Shown one piece after another: positions 13,854 through 28,199 of a stretch of DNA of 64,000 nt; within the stretch, counting starts at the first letter, position 1, and each line of letters starts with the position of its first letter. This stretch comes from Selaginella moellendorffii. Its lineage: Eukaryota > Plantae > Lycopodiophyta. The stretch is taken from positions 1,781,549 through 1,845,548 of the forward strand of contig NW_003314280.1 of the NCBI RefSeq assembly GCF_000143415.4, given 5' to 3'. Below the pieces are notes generated by a model. That model was not told where the DNA came from. It searched no databases and worked only from the letters and a program-made list of their open reading frames with translations. Both the position numbers and the translations under genes were made by a program.

Positions 13854-15335
13854 TGTAACACATATGGTTTTTATCCTTTATCCTATGATGATTTACCATA
13901 GAATAACCACAAAGCAAAACCTAAACCGTCCATGTGCCACATATCACATGCCATATGCCACGTGTCTAAAGGACAATGGTGCGAAACCCAAGTTTCAAGG
14001 CCTTGGGCCATTTAATGCCAGGACTAACACGCAAAATGGAGCCAAACAGAGTTTAGTGCTATTTCAGCATACAGATGGCTTAACACAAGGATATGGGTAC
14101 TTCACCAACTCACATGGAATGCAATTTAAGTTTAGACTTAAGTTAGACGCAGAACAAGGACAGGCACACAAGCAAGAGCTAGACTATGCCTCAAGTTGAT
14201 CAACCATGCCCAACCTACCCACTATCCTTACTATACCCCCACAAAGCCTCCCCTTAAGGAACGCACGTTTGGGCTTTAGCCTCCCTTAGTATTAAGAGTT
14301 AGTCTTTGGGATTAACTCAAAACTTGAATGGCACTAAATTGTGAATTTGGATACGGGACCATTATGTGCAAAACAATATCTACATTTCGTAGATATGCCA
14401 AATGAGCAAATCTAGACACTTTCCATAAATAACATTTGGGACCGAATGATACTAACACAAGGTGCATGATAGTGAAGATGTTTGGTAGACATGGTAAGTT
14501 ATCATTTAACGAATATTGAGGGACCAATCTCAATATCGCGGGGGTTCTCAACACTAGCAAGTGCAAGTCAACAATATAAATTTCTCGTCATAATGTCAAA
14601 TATGCTTGACTAAATGACAACTTAGGATTTCCTTCCTTAGTGCCTTTCTAGTCTAAGTGCACATGTGATGATCAGTTTTTCAACTAGTTTAGGCGGAGAC
14701 TAATAAAGGGTCCAACAATACCGACCTCTTACTATCATGGTAGTAAGGAAAGAATATCCAAAAGGACTAATTGACAAATAACTTTTGATACCTAAAGTCA
14801 CATTCGCGACACTCTCCCTCCCTTAGGGAAGATCGACGCCCTTGTCAATGCATACTCCAGCCTAGACCACCACCATGGAAACAACTTTAGAAAAAGTTCA
14901 TAGTGATCACACTATGTGAGAAATGCACTAATTTAAATAAGTTAAAGTAACCTCTTTGTCTAACATGGATGCACTATCAACTCAGACACCTTTTGGCCAT
15001 TGCTGACAAAGAAATGATTAATGGAATCAGCCACCCTTCCTACTTTGGGTGTCACTTAGCTTACAAAAGTTTGATATGCCCCTACCTACAAGGACATAGA
15101 GAGAGAAGCCACCCCAACCCTCCTAAGCAAAGAAACCAAACATGTTAGTAAGGTTTAGATAGACTATTGCAAATAGGCAGTTAGAGTTGTTTATACGGTC
15201 ACGCCCTTTTAATGAAATAAAAAATATTGACAGAGAGGCAAGTGATGTGACTAGTTGATAGTAACTACCCCATGACTAGAGATTTCACTATGCACACGAA
15301 GTGCCGAAGCCAGTCTGCCTATACTAACCCAAACT
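13854..15335 (-). mobile_element. Truncated LTR retrotransposon of the same family as 17689-27483: 3' LTR (13854-14811) + PPT + 3' untranslated region
   Basis: TG...CA ends; similarity to 26559-27483; followed by CTCTCCCTCCCTT PPT and sequence colinear with 18228-18750. Confidence 0.8.
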
Positions 15336-16589
15336 CAAAAATCAATACATGGACCCTCTCCTGTGCGAGATGCCACTGCCATTGGGCCTACCGACAAGGT
15401 CTTCAGAGCCCATCATGAGCAGCGTTGTCCAGGTGAAGCTTTGTTTGGCCTAGCCTAGGCATATGCCACAAGCAACACATTCCATGACACAAGGTGGCAT
15501 CGGGAAAGAGGTGTTTGATTGGAACCTTGCTTGCTTCATACTTGCAGCAGGGGCTTGTGGAGGAGGCCTCGGTTGGAATGCAATTCACACATAGCTTTGT
15601 GTTGACGGTGATAGTGCTTTGCTCCACTCAAATCTGGCCTCACACAATGGTGCTTGAGCTCCCAAGGAATTTGCTAGGGGTCTTTTCCCCAGCCTCGCTA
15701 GCGTGTCTTCCAAGTACGTCCTCATACCCAAATTCTGACCGATTCGAGCATTGGCCTCAGAAATCCTCTCTTCTCATGCCGTCGGCAAAGTTCCTGGGAT
15801 CCATCTCCAGCTGCCCAGCTCCACTGCTCTTGAAACAACCATGGATCCTGGCCGCTTCTTGGAACAAAACTTCCACTCATGTTTGCTGCTGTTCCTGGAA
15901 AGCCTTGCAATCCATACACTAGTGGATGAGTGGCCTCTACAGCTTCTCCCTATCCCTTGACTCCTCTCCACCAAGTCCTCCAAAATCTAGAGTTGGGATC
16001 CCGTGACTTCCTGGCATGAAATGTTGCTGGTATGGCTGGAATAGACCATTGTTGATGTTGTGGAGGCTCCCAAAGGAAGACTGTAAGATTGGCTTGAGAA
16101 AACCAGGAACTAGCTGAGACATCTTTGATCATTCTCCAGCGTCATGGACACTATCAGTGATGGCCTTGTTTTGAGCTGCCAGCTGCTGATAATTCTCCCA
16201 CTCCCACTCTGATATGGATGCCTTGAACTTATAGTGTCACTGCCACCGACTATGACACTTGATCCACCACCTATTTGATGGCATGCTTGAGAGGAGGCCT
16301 TTCACAATTGGCAATGCTAGTGGTTTTTTGTTTTTACTCTTTATCTCTTTTCACTTTTATTTTACTTTATCCATTTATTTTTACTTTTACTTCCATTATT
16401 TTTCTTTCCTTATTATGTTTTATAATATTTTCTTTTTACTCTTTAATTCCTTTTTTAGATCCCTTAGCCTTTGTGTTAGTGTAGTTGATTGGCTCAAGAA
16501 AGAGTATATTATCTTATTTTGACTTTGAACTTTCATATGAAGCTAAGCTTTTATTTCAACTGGGAATGCTCATACTATAAAATTCTTAT

Positions 16590-17688
16590 TTGGCATCAGT
16601 CACTATAAAAAATAAGAAATATTAAAGAAATATGTTATCCAAAGTCTCAAAGTTTTTAAGTATGTGATGATGTGATTATTTTAAATATATACCCTTTTCC
16701 TCACACTTCAAATCCTACCAATCTTCTGGATCATTTAAATATTGCTTCTATGTATTGGCAAGTGTTAATGGCTAAAAAGGATGTTTTTAAAAAAAACATC
16801 TATACACTATTTGATTTGTACAAGTTTTTACTAATGCTATTTAATTTAAATAATGTTTTAGCAACTTTTCAATATAGGTTATTTACAATATACTAGAGGT
16901 GACTAGCCACTTCATTAATAATGTTTTGATCCATTCAAAAAAGATGTGGGAGGAGTATGTCCATAATATTTACAAAATGTTCAATTGGTTATGGAAAATT
17001 TGGTCAAAGTGCATGTTTAGGTTTAAAAATACAATTTATCTTGGGTATTACATTTCTAATAACATCTTACAAGTTGATCATGATAAACTTGTGGTTATTC
17101 TAAAGTTCTATACTCCAAAATATGTGAATAATGTGTAAGATGAAATATCTTAGTCGTTTTGCTAATCCTCTTTCTAATCATAGTGCACTATTATAAGTGT
17201 TGCTAAAGTTGTAAATAGTTTTTTGTCTAGTTTGAACACTATGAATGGGCATTTGGGGAACGAAATGTTGACAACTCTTCTAATTTTGACATATCTTAAT
17301 TATACTCAGTTTTTCATATTGCATATAGATGTTTTTGATATTGGCTTTAAAGGTGTGTTATTGTAAAAGAGTGTAAGTGTGTCTAATCAATATCATCATA
17401 TTATGTATATCAACTATATATTACAACTGTATTTACATGGTTCTCAAATATTGTTAAAGGGTGATTATGTTATAGTCACTTCATTAATGAAGTAGAAGAA
17501 CTTAGTTAGTCATACTACTTGATAGGTTTTGAAGCTTTAAATATATAACTTTAAGGTTATTCATTGCATAAGGAGTTCTATAGTTGATGTTAATGCTTTT
17601 TCTCAAACTCTTTTTCCTTCTTTATTCTCTTCTTCTATTCTTTAGAAGTATATTATTATGGATTTTTTAAATGAGGATTCTATACTAT
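16590..17688 (+). mobile_element. Highly decayed Ty3/gypsy RT/RNaseH remnant (host of the nested chromovirus), left part
   Basis: YWQVLMAKKD...LFDLYKFLLMLFNLNNVLATFQ and FINNVLIHSK...SKCMF...YLGY correspond to degenerate gypsy RT motifs. Confidence 0.75.
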
Positions 17689-20600
17689 TGTAGCACATCG
17701 GAATTTAGAGCTGAACTCTAAGCCCGTTGCACTATGAAATGAAGGTGCGATACAATCCCACGAGCACCAACTCCCTGATCCAACACCTGCATGCAAAATG
17801 GTGTCAGACGAAGTTAACACAATTTTGGCATACCGNNNNNNNNNNNNNNNNNNNNNNNNNNNNNNNNNNNNNNNNNNNNNNNNNNNNNNNNNNNNNNNNN
17901 NNNNNNNNNNNNNNNNNNNNNNNNNNNNNNNNNNNNNNNNNNNNNNNNNNNNNNNNNNNNNNNNNNNNNNNNNNNNTGCAAGACAGAGCAAAAGAGAATT
18001 AAAAAGCTGGGCTAAGTATGCTTGGCTAAATAGACATTTAGGAATTCTGTCCTTATACTCATCTGGCCAAGTACAGATGCTAAGTTTAGTTTACTAACAC
18101 TTAGACAAGAAGGGCTAATAAAGAGAACCAGCAATACCGACCTTTTGCCATCATGGTAATAAGGAAAGAGTATCCGTAAGGACTAGCCAACAAGTATCTG
18201 TCAATACCTGAAGTCACATTTTTTACACTCTCCCCCCCTTGGGGAAGATCAACATCCTCGTTGATGCATACCTGAGTTTAGCAAACCATCAAGGAAACAA
18301 CTCTGAAAGTTAACGAAAAGCACACTATGTGGGAAACACATCAACTTAAATGAGTTATAGAACGACCTCTCCTCTACGTCCAAAGACATTAAGACTCAGA
18401 CACCCTTCGGCTGTCACTGACAAGGAAATGACTAACGGAGTTAGCCCTCCTTGCTACTCCGAGTACCACTCGGCTTACAAAGGAATAATACATTCTTGCC
18501 CACAGGGACATAGAGAGAAGGCCAGAGGCCCAACTTTCCCTGAGCAAGAAATCAAGTATGTTGGGAAGATTTAGACAACTATTATAAAGTGGCAGATTAA
18601 GTTGTTTATACGACCATGCCCCTTTTTCAAGAATGAGTCATCGAGAGAGAGGCAGAGACTTGTGATCAGTCTATAATATGTATCACCATGGTTATGGATT
18701 GGACCCATACACCGAAGTGCCGAAGTCAGCCTGCCAAAACTGACCCAACTATTAATGAACGAGAGAAACAAAACTTTGATTTATAGAAATATATAACTTT
18801 ATTGATTTGCAAGATTTATTACAAGTTTTACAAAAGCTAATCTTTATTACTATTCTCATACTTTGTGACAAGCTCACGAGCATATGTAAGATTACTAAAA
18901 GGCTCTCAAGTTGATTCACAAGTTGGATAACCTTTCCACTTAACTAGATACTCTTGACATTTGGCACATTTAAGCCAGTGCGTGTCCAAAATAGCCTCCA
19001 CTTTATATTCAGGTTCACTATCCACAAATTCTGGTGGTGGATGAATCTCCCCTAGACATGCAATATCCATAGTGTAAAGAGCCAAGAGATTGGCATGAAA
19101 TACATTATGAATATTGGACATCTCTATAGGAAGATCCAACCGATATGATACATCACCAATCCGTTTCACACTCGATAGGGTCCAACATATCGCAGTAACA
19201 ACTTCCAAGACAAAGATCACTTAATGTTCAAGTTCCAGGAAGATAGCCACATTTGATCTCCCACTTGACAAGATACATCCTGACAATGTTCATCCTTATC
19301 ACGTTGATACCTATTCTAAGCTTTGCCCATCGCCTTAGTAACTCTAGACCAACCTTGGCATAGCTGCTCCACATAAGTCTCAATGGCTGGGACCAACACT
19401 TTGGACATTGGTGTCGGTACAACAATCTATTAAGGAACCCCACAAGCATTCCCTTGCAGCATCTCCCATGGAGAACAGTTAATAGTGCTGTGAAATGTGT
19501 TGTTATAACAAATTTCTGCTGTATCCAAATGCTCAACCCAATCACGTTGGTCCACCGCGACATAGTATCGCAAATAATCCTCTATTTAAGCATTCACACG
19601 TTTGGTCTACCCATCAGTTTGAGGATGATAAGCCATACTAAACTTCAACTTGGTACCAAACAACTGGAATAGTGTGCCCCAAAACTTCCTTGTAAACCTT
19701 GAATCTCTATCCGAGATCATCTCTTCGGGAAGACCATGAACCCACACTACTTCATGGAAAAAGGAGCTTTGCTGCTTGCTTCACATTCATTATTCCCATA
19801 GTTGGAATGAAGTGTGCACTCTTTAACAACTGATCATCAACCACCATCAAAGTATCATAACCTTTAGATTTTGGCAAACAAGTGATGAAATCAAGTGTCA
19901 TACTCTGGAATGGCCATGCCGGTGCTGGAATACACAGCAACTTTTCAGCCTGCTTCTCAGTTTTGCACTTACATTGTTGGCATATAGGGTAGGAACGGAC
20001 ATAGTCCGCTTCATCACCTTCCATACCAAACTAGAAAAAATCCCTTTTTCAACAAAGCTAGAGTCTTTTGCTTTCCACCATGTCTCGCTACCGGAACATC
20101 ATGATGTTCCCACATAAATAATTACTGTAGTTCCTTAGAGGGAAGATACAATCTTTCTTGCTTATAAAATATATGCCCATCTCGAACTGAGAAGTGAAGC
20201 TTCATATTGGTGTGGTTAGCAACTTTCGCTGCTTCACTACCAAGGTTCTGTTTCTTCAACTCCACACGATGTAAGATTGCCTTCGCAAATGGATCACTTC
20301 TATATGAAGCCCGAACGTCCTCCAACCAGTTTGAACTGATTGCTGATATTGCCCGGAACTAAGCCTAACGACTCAATGCATCCGGAACAATATTGTCTTT
20401 ACCAGGTTTGTATATAATTTCAATATCATATCTAGCAAGTTTCTCTTGCCAATGAGCTTGCTTCGGCGTAAGCTTATGCTGCATAGCAAAGTAGCTCAGT
20501 GTGTTACTATCTATATAAACTTTGGTATGTCCACCCAAGTAGTGTTTTCAATGTTCCAAGGCCGACATTATAGCAAACATCTCTTTCTCATGCGTTGGCC

Positions 20601-23600
20601 ATCTTCATTGAGTTTCATCCAATTTCTTGGAATAGAACACAACAGGACAACCATATCACTTTAGCGTAACACCAACCACTTTGTCACAATCTTGTTGCAA
20701 CATGGCACCAATAGCATAGCCAGATGCATCACAATGCCCTTCAAAGGGTTTATCAAGATCGTGGATTCTGAGAACAAGAACCGTAATCAACATCTCCTTC
20801 AACCGTACAAAAGCATGCTGACAAGCTAGTGTCCAATGAAACAGAATACTACTCTTCGTCAACTTAGTCAATGGAAGAGCAATTCTTGCAAAATTGTGGA
20901 CAAACTTGCGATAGTATCCTACCAAACAGAGAAAGAAATGAACATCTAATACAGTGGTCGAAACTTTTCAGTACTTCACCGCTTCCACCTTCTTTGGATC
21001 TACCTCAATTACACCACCACCAACTATATGTCTGAGAAAGTTTATGCGTAATTGTCCAAAAGTGCATTTACTTTAATTAGTATACAGTTTGTGTTTGCGC
21101 AACTTCTAAAACATCAACTTCAAATGTTTCAAACAATCCTCCAATGTTTCACTAAAGACTAGAATATCATCAATATATAGAACAACAAATGTGTCCAAAT
21201 AATCTCCAAATATCCTATCCATCATAATGTTGAACGTTGCTGGAGCATTGCATAACCCAATTAGCATAACAAGGAACTCATAAAATCCATACCAAGTCTT
21301 AAAGGCTGTCTTCTCCACATCCTGATCTACCACCTGTATCTAATGATACCCAAACCGCAAATCAAGTCATGTAAAATACTTAATTTTTAAGAGTTGGTCA
21401 AACAAGTTATCAATGCGAGACAAAGGATAACTGTTTTTGACCATAATTTTGTTGAGTGCTCGATAGTTGATACACATCCTCATGGTTTCATCCTTTTTCA
21501 TAACAAAAAGGACTGACGCTCCATAAGGTGACTTGCTTGGTCAAATATTACTTTTGTCAAGAAGCTCCATGAGTTGCTTTTTGAGTTCAGCCATCTCCTT
21601 AACGTTCAGACGATATGGAGCCTTTGTAGGTGGTGTAGAACCTAGAATGACCTCAATCCAATGATCAACCTCATGGCTAGAAGGTAGCCTTGGTGGCAAA
21701 TCCTTCAAAAAGATATCCTGATTCTGCGCCAACAACTCCAATATCTTCTTCGGTACAAAATCAACCCTGTTGCCGATTCCAACTAAGTCACCAATACCTT
21801 CAGCTTCCATCACTTGAACCCAAAAGGTCTGATATCCTTTCTTAATTTCTTTTTGAGCGGCTCTCGTAATTAAGAACTTTGCATCCCAATCCTTTGAGGA
21901 GCACTTTTGCAACTGGAAGGACACATCAGGACGTCCTTTTGACTTCAATGTGATGCAACTTTGTCCAGCACCATAAATCCCTTTTATATATCTATTGAAG
22001 AAATCTATATCAAACACCATCTAAAAATCTAGTATCTTCAACACTACCAAGTCCACTTTTTCTTTCCACTATGATATTTTTATTGGAACATCACTCACAA
22101 ATTTTTTGGCTACTTGCCCACCTTCTGCAAACCAAAAGTGCATAGGCGACATCTGCTCAGCATTCAATCCTAACAACTTAACTAAGTCTTCGGATATCAC
22201 ATTATGCGTAACTCCTGTATTAATCATCACTCGTATTTGGTGTCCATGGACAAAGCCTACCAGATACATCAACAAATCAATGTTTCCATTGACTGTAAGA
22301 AAAGCTTGAAGAAAGCAATGAAAGTAACTCACCTCCTCTTCCTCATATTCTGCATGGACCAACTCGTCAACCCCTTTAGCTTCACCATCACCGTCGTCCC
22401 TCATGATATTAACACAAGACTTTGTCTTATGCTTATTGGGACATTCTGAGGACCTATGTCCTGACTCTCCACAATGGAAACAATGACCCACACTACCTGT
22501 TCTGCTAGGAGCAGGTTTCACAGGTTGCTACTTGTACCCACCAGGAGGAGGAACAAAGGGCCTAGGACCAAAAGAAGTTACTAATGGTCTCCAACCACTC
22601 CCACCACTTTTGTTAACCATTGTTTGTGAGCCCCTAGGGCAAAACCTACCTTCCACTCTCTGTTTCCGATCACTTTGTTTATTCCCAAAATTTTTATCCT
22701 TGTTCGAGGTACTAGCATACGGCTACTGATATTGCTCCATAAGTGAGTGATAAAAGGCAACTTGCTGTGTTACCTTCTTACACTCTAGGTACATCTTTGA
22801 CTTAAACTTCAAAATCTCGTTACGAGAAAATGAACTTAAACCCTCCAGGAAATAACTTCGAGTATCTTCGTCACTCATATTTGCAATTATAATGCGCTTC
22901 TGAGCAAACGCATTAACATAATGCATAAGGTCCCCTTGCTACTTTAACCGCCACAGCTTTGCCCAAAGTCTCAAACCAAGATCATCTGGCAAATATTTCT
23001 TATGGATACGAGACCACATCTTGGTCCAGCTTTTAATTTGCCCTTTTTCAGCACACACCTGGCGCCACCAAGTTTTGGCATAATCGGTGAGAAAGGATTG
23101 TGCACACACAACTTTCGTACGATCATCTACGTCTATTGTTATGAAATAGTTTTCCATATCGTAGACCCAGTCTTCCAAGACCTAATAGTCCCGCATGCTT
23201 CTGAAATTGGGTGGTTTTGAAGGCTTGAACTTTGAAACTCGTGCAACCGAGGGTAGCTGCAGAACTTCATCATCCTCAAAACTTGAGGAAGAGTCTGGTT
23301 GCTTAGGTTTAGTTGGTTTAGCTGCTTCAGCTTCTTTCTTCCTCTTCTTGTTCTCTTTCTTCAATTTGCGAATCTCCCTTCACAAATTCTCAATCTCAGC
23401 TTCCTAAACCATTCGTTGTAGCACCATAGCATTCAGCTCTTCCTCTTCTAACTCAACCTTTGCCTCTTTCGCAGCATCTCTAGCAGGAGTTTCCTCCTCT
23501 CGATTTGCCCGTCTAGAGGTTTCAGCATCATCAGCACGGTTCTTTTTCACCATCCCGCTAGCTGCATGTATGCCTCTATCAGTAACTAAACATGCATATA

Positions 23601-26600
23601 ATGTTCTTACCGAATGGTGCAATCCAATTAATCCTACACAGGTTGCTTCGGATCTACTAAAAAAGTCTTTGCGTATGCAACTTGAGTCAGAAAATCCGAC
23701 AAAAGTGTTACCTTCTTACACTCTAGGTACATCTTTGACTTAAACTTCAAAATCTCATTACGAGAAAATGAACTTAAACCCTCCAAGAAATAGCTTCGAG
23801 TATCTTCGTCACTCATATTTGCAATTATAATGCGCTTCTGAGCAAACGCATTAACATAATGCATAAGGTCCCCTTGCTACTTTAACCGCCGCAGCTTTGC
23901 CCAAAGTCTCAAACCAAGATCATCTGGCAAATATTTCTTATGGATACGAGACCACATCTTGGTCCAACTTTTAATTTGCCCTTTTTCAGCACACACCTGG
24001 CGCCACCAAGTTTTGGCATAATCGGTGAGAAAGGATTGTGCACACACAACTTTCGTACGATCATCTACGTCTGTTATTATGAAATAGTTTTCCATATCGT
24101 AGACCCAGTCTTCCAAGACCTAATAGTCCCGCATGCGTCTGAAATTGGGTGGTTTTGAAGGCTTGAACTTTGAAACTCGTGCAACCGAGGGTAGCTGCAG
24201 AACTTCATCATCCTCAAAACTTGAGGAAGAGTCTGGTTGCTTAGGTTTAGTTGGTTTAGCTGCTTCAGCTTCTTTCTTCCTCTTCTTGTTCTCTTTCTTC
24301 AATTTGCAAATCTCCCTTCACAAATTCTCGATCTCAGCTTCCTAAACCATTCGTTGCAGCACCATAGCATTCAGCTCTTCCTCTTCTAACTCAACCTTTG
24401 CCTCTTTTGCAGCATCTCTAGCAGGAGTTTCCTCCTCTCGATTCACCCGTCTAGAGGTTTCAGCATCATCAACACGGTTCTTTTTCACCATCCCGCTAGC
24501 TGCATGTATGCCTCTATTAGTAACTAAACATGCATATAATGTTCTTACCGAATGGTGCAATCCAATTAATCCTACACAAGTTGCTTCGGATCTACTAAAA
24601 AAGTCTTTGCGTATGCAGCTTGAGTCAGAAAATCCGACAAAAGTGTTACCTTCTTACACTCTAGGTACATCTTTGACTTAAACTTCAAAATCTCATTATG
24701 AGAAAATGAACTTAAACCCTCCAGGAAATAGCTTCGAGTATCTTCGTCACTCATATTTGCAATTATAATTCGCTTCTGAGCAAACGCATTAACATAATGC
24801 ATAAGGTCCCCTTGCTACTTTAACTGCCACAGCTTTGCCCAAAGTCTCAAACCAAGATCATCTGGCAAATATTTCTTATGGATACGAGACCACATCTTGG
24901 TCCAACTTTTAATTTGCCCTTTTTCAGCACACACCTGGCACCACCAAGTTTTGGCATAATCGGTGAGAAAGGATTATGCACACACAACTTTCGTACGATC
25001 ATCTACGTCTGTTGTTATGAAATAGTTTTCCATATCGTAGACCCAGTCTTCCAAGACCTAATAGTCCCGCATGCTTCTGAAATTGGGTGGTTTTGAAGGC
25101 TTGAACTTTGAAACTCGTGCAACCGAGGGTAGCTGCAGAACTTCATCATCCTCAAAACTTGAGGAAGAGTCTGGTTGCTTAGGTTTAGTTGGTTTAGCTG
25201 CTTCAGCTTCTTTCTTCCTCTTCTTGTTCTCTTTCTTCAATTTGCGAATCTCCCTTCACAAATTCTCGATCTCAGCTTCCTAAACCATTCGTTGCAGCAC
25301 CATAGCATTCAGCTCTTCCTCTTCTAACTCAACCTTTGCCTCTTTCACAGCATCTCTAGCAGGAGTTTCCTCGTTTCGATTCGCCCGTCTAGAGGTTTTA
25401 GTATCATCAGCACGGTTCTTTTTCACCATCCCGCTAGCTGCATGTATGCCTCTATCAGTAACTAAACATGCATATAATGTTCTTACCGAATGGTGCAATC
25501 CAATTAATCCTACACAGGTTGCTTCAGATCTACTAAAAAAGTCTTTGCGTATGCAACTTGAGTCAGAAAATCCGACAAAAGTGTTACCTTCTTACACTCT
25601 AGGTACATCTTTGACTTAAACTTCAAAATCTCATTACGAGAAAATGAACTTAAACCCTCCAGGAAATAACTTCGAGTATCTTCGTCACTCATATTTGCAA
25701 TTATAATGCGCTTCTGAGCAAACGCATTAACATAATGCATAAGGTCCCCTTGTTACTTTAACCGCCGCATCTTTGCCCAAAGTCTCAAACCAAGATCATC
25801 TGGCAAATATTTCTTATGGATACGAGACCACATCTTGGTCCAACTTTTAATTTGCCCTTTTTCAGCACACACCTGGCGCCACCAAGTTTTGGCATAATCG
25901 GTGAGAAAGGATTGTGCACACACAACTTTCGTACGATCATCTATGTCTATTGTTATGAAATAGTTTTCCATATCGTAGACCCAGTCTTCCAAGACCTAAT
26001 AGTCCCGCATGCGTCTGAAATTGGGTGGTTTTGAAGGCTTGAACTTTGAAACTCGTGCAACCGAGGGTAGCTGCAGAACTTCATCATCCTCAAAACTTGA
26101 GGAAGAGTCTAGTTGCTTAGGTTTAGTTGGTTTAGCTGCTTCAGCTTCTTTCTTCCTCTTCTTGTTCTCTTTCTTCAATTTGCAAATCTCCCTTCACAAA
26201 TTCTCGATCTCAGCTTCCTCAACCATTCGTTGCAGCACCATAGCATTCAGCTCATCCTCTTCTAACTCAACCTTTACCTCTTTCGCAGCATCTCTAGTAG
26301 GAGTTTCCTTGTCTTGATTCGCCCGTCTAGAGGTTTCAGCGTCATCAGCACGGTTCTTTTTCACCATCCCACTAGCTGCATATATGCCTCTATCAGTAAC
26401 TAAACATGCATATAATGTTCTTACCGAATGGTGCAATCCAATTAATCCTACACAGGTTGCTTCGGATCTACTAAAAAAGTCTTTGCGTATGCAACTTGAG
26501 TCAGAAAATCTGACAAAAGTTGGATAGGAATCACTGTGATAATTCCTCTAATACCAAATGTAGCACACCTAAATTTGGAGCTGAACTCCAAGCCTATTGC

Positions 26601-27483
26601 ACTACAAAATGAGGGTCCGATACAATCCCATAAACATCAACTTCTCGTATTTAACACCTACACGCAAAATGGTGTCAGACGAAGTCTAGCACAATTTTGG
26701 CATACCAGTGGGCTAACGTGAAGAGGAGGGTACCCCACTGACTAGAGCAGCGTGGAACTTGGGCTTAGACCCAAGTCGAACGCAGAACAAGGAGTGACAC
26801 AACTCAACAAGAGCCAAATTAATGCCTCAGGTGGTCAGATATGCATTCTAACCACTATCCCTATTATACATTTAGAACCCCTTATAGCCTCCCGCGCCCC
26901 CCCCCCCCCCCCCTCTTGAGGAACACATGTTTTGGGCTTTCACCCCAAGCCTCCCTCAGTATTAGGAGTTAGTATTTGGGACAAGTTCGAAACTTACTAA
27001 ATATGAAATGTCCCTAGATTGCGAATTTGAATATAAGACAAGCACCATTGTGTTTAGGCCAACCTCTACATTCTGTAGATATACCAAATGAGCGAATCTA
27101 GACACTTTCCATAAATAGCATTTGAGATCGAAATGAAACTAACACAAAAGGTATGATAGCAAGGGTGTTTGGCAGATACAGTAAACTATCATCCAACAAT
27201 ATTGAGGGATTAGTCTCTTCTTGCCAAATCAATGCAAGACAAAGAAAAAACGAATTAAAAAGCTGGGCTAAGTATGCTTGGCCAAATAGACACTTAGGAA
27301 TTCTGTCTTTATGCTTATCTGGCTAAGTATAGATGCTAAGTTTAATTTACTAACACTTGGACAAAAGGGGCCAATAAAAGGAACTAACAATACTGACCTC
27401 CTGCCGTTATAGTAGTAAGGAAAGAGTGTTTGTAAGGATTGGCCGACAAGCATCTTTCGATACCCAAAGTTATATTTGTGACA
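17689..27483 (-). mobile_element. Full-length but defective Ty3/gypsy chromovirus LTR retrotransposon
   Basis: LTRs 17689-18227 (contains N gap) and 26559-27483 with TG...CA; 5-bp TSD ACTAT at 17684-17688 and 27484-27488; iMet-type PBS TGGTATTAGAGG 26545-26556; PPT 18228-18240; gag zinc knuckle CFHCGESGHRSSEC, protease, RT YIDD, RNaseH CDASGYAIG, integrase, chromodomain EYKVEAIL...YLVKWKGY; many stops. Confidence 0.95.
22767..26520. repeat. Four tandem 938-bp copies of leader + 5' gag inside the chromovirus
   Basis: Unit starts at 22767, 23705, 24643 and 25581 (GTGTTACCTTC); ORF track repeats with 938-bp period. Confidence 0.97.
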
Positions 27484-27488
27484 ACTAT

Positions 27489-28150
27489 TAATGGTTGTTA
27501 TGCTTAATATTTAGTTTTCACAAGGTGTAAAGTTAAATTTACCTCTTCTTAATGAAATTTGTGAAGTTCAAAATATTGAACTATAGCTTTATTGTTGATT
27601 TGAAATTTTATATCACTTATTGATGATTTGCCATTTTGATATTTACAAATTCTTAATATCCTTTTAAGAATAACTTTTTTTTACTTTGTGGAGATTGATT
27701 TTAATAACCTTTTATGGTTGGTGTTGCTTTTGATATGAATTCCACACTTTCTCCATGTTTATCATAACTCTTATATTCTTGACAAGCATATAAAATGGAC
27801 ATTATTGTGTGATAGAAAAGGTTTTTTTATTGTCTAGAGATACAATATAATATCATCCAGTATCTGCATAGGTATATTTGGTGCCAAGCTCATTTGAGCT
27901 AGTGGTCTTGATCCATTACACTAATTACACTAATTTGTATATCCATCAATACCTTTTTTTTGATGTTCTTTTAGATTTTAACTATTAAATAAGATAACTT
28001 TAACTACCTTTCATCCTTTGAGAGAGGATGATGTGAGGTCTAAATATACAACTACAATATCATATATTGCTATTAGTGTAATAGGATTTTTATAGTTGTT
28101 AGATTGGTTTTAATTTGGACCACTCACTTCTATATATAAAGGGTTAATTA
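27489..28150 (+). mobile_element. Probable continuation (integrase region) of the decayed gypsy host element
   Basis: AT-rich; degenerate IGIDLIGPL...GNKY-like integrase signature near 28100. Confidence 0.4.
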
Positions 28151-28199
28151 AATATGCATATTTCTTATACCAAGCATTTGCATATACATATTTATAATT

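Noticed and set aside
15360-16260. GC-balanced segment with several short ORFs inside the TE block
   Set aside because: Probably a decayed gag or other TE fragment, but no diagnostic motif could be read
17680-18097. ORFs spanning N runs (also 61721-62073)
   Set aside because: Artefacts of assembly gaps
22767-26520. Repeat array as CRISPR-like or as four real genes
   Set aside because: 938-bp units without spacers; they are gag fragments with shared stop codons
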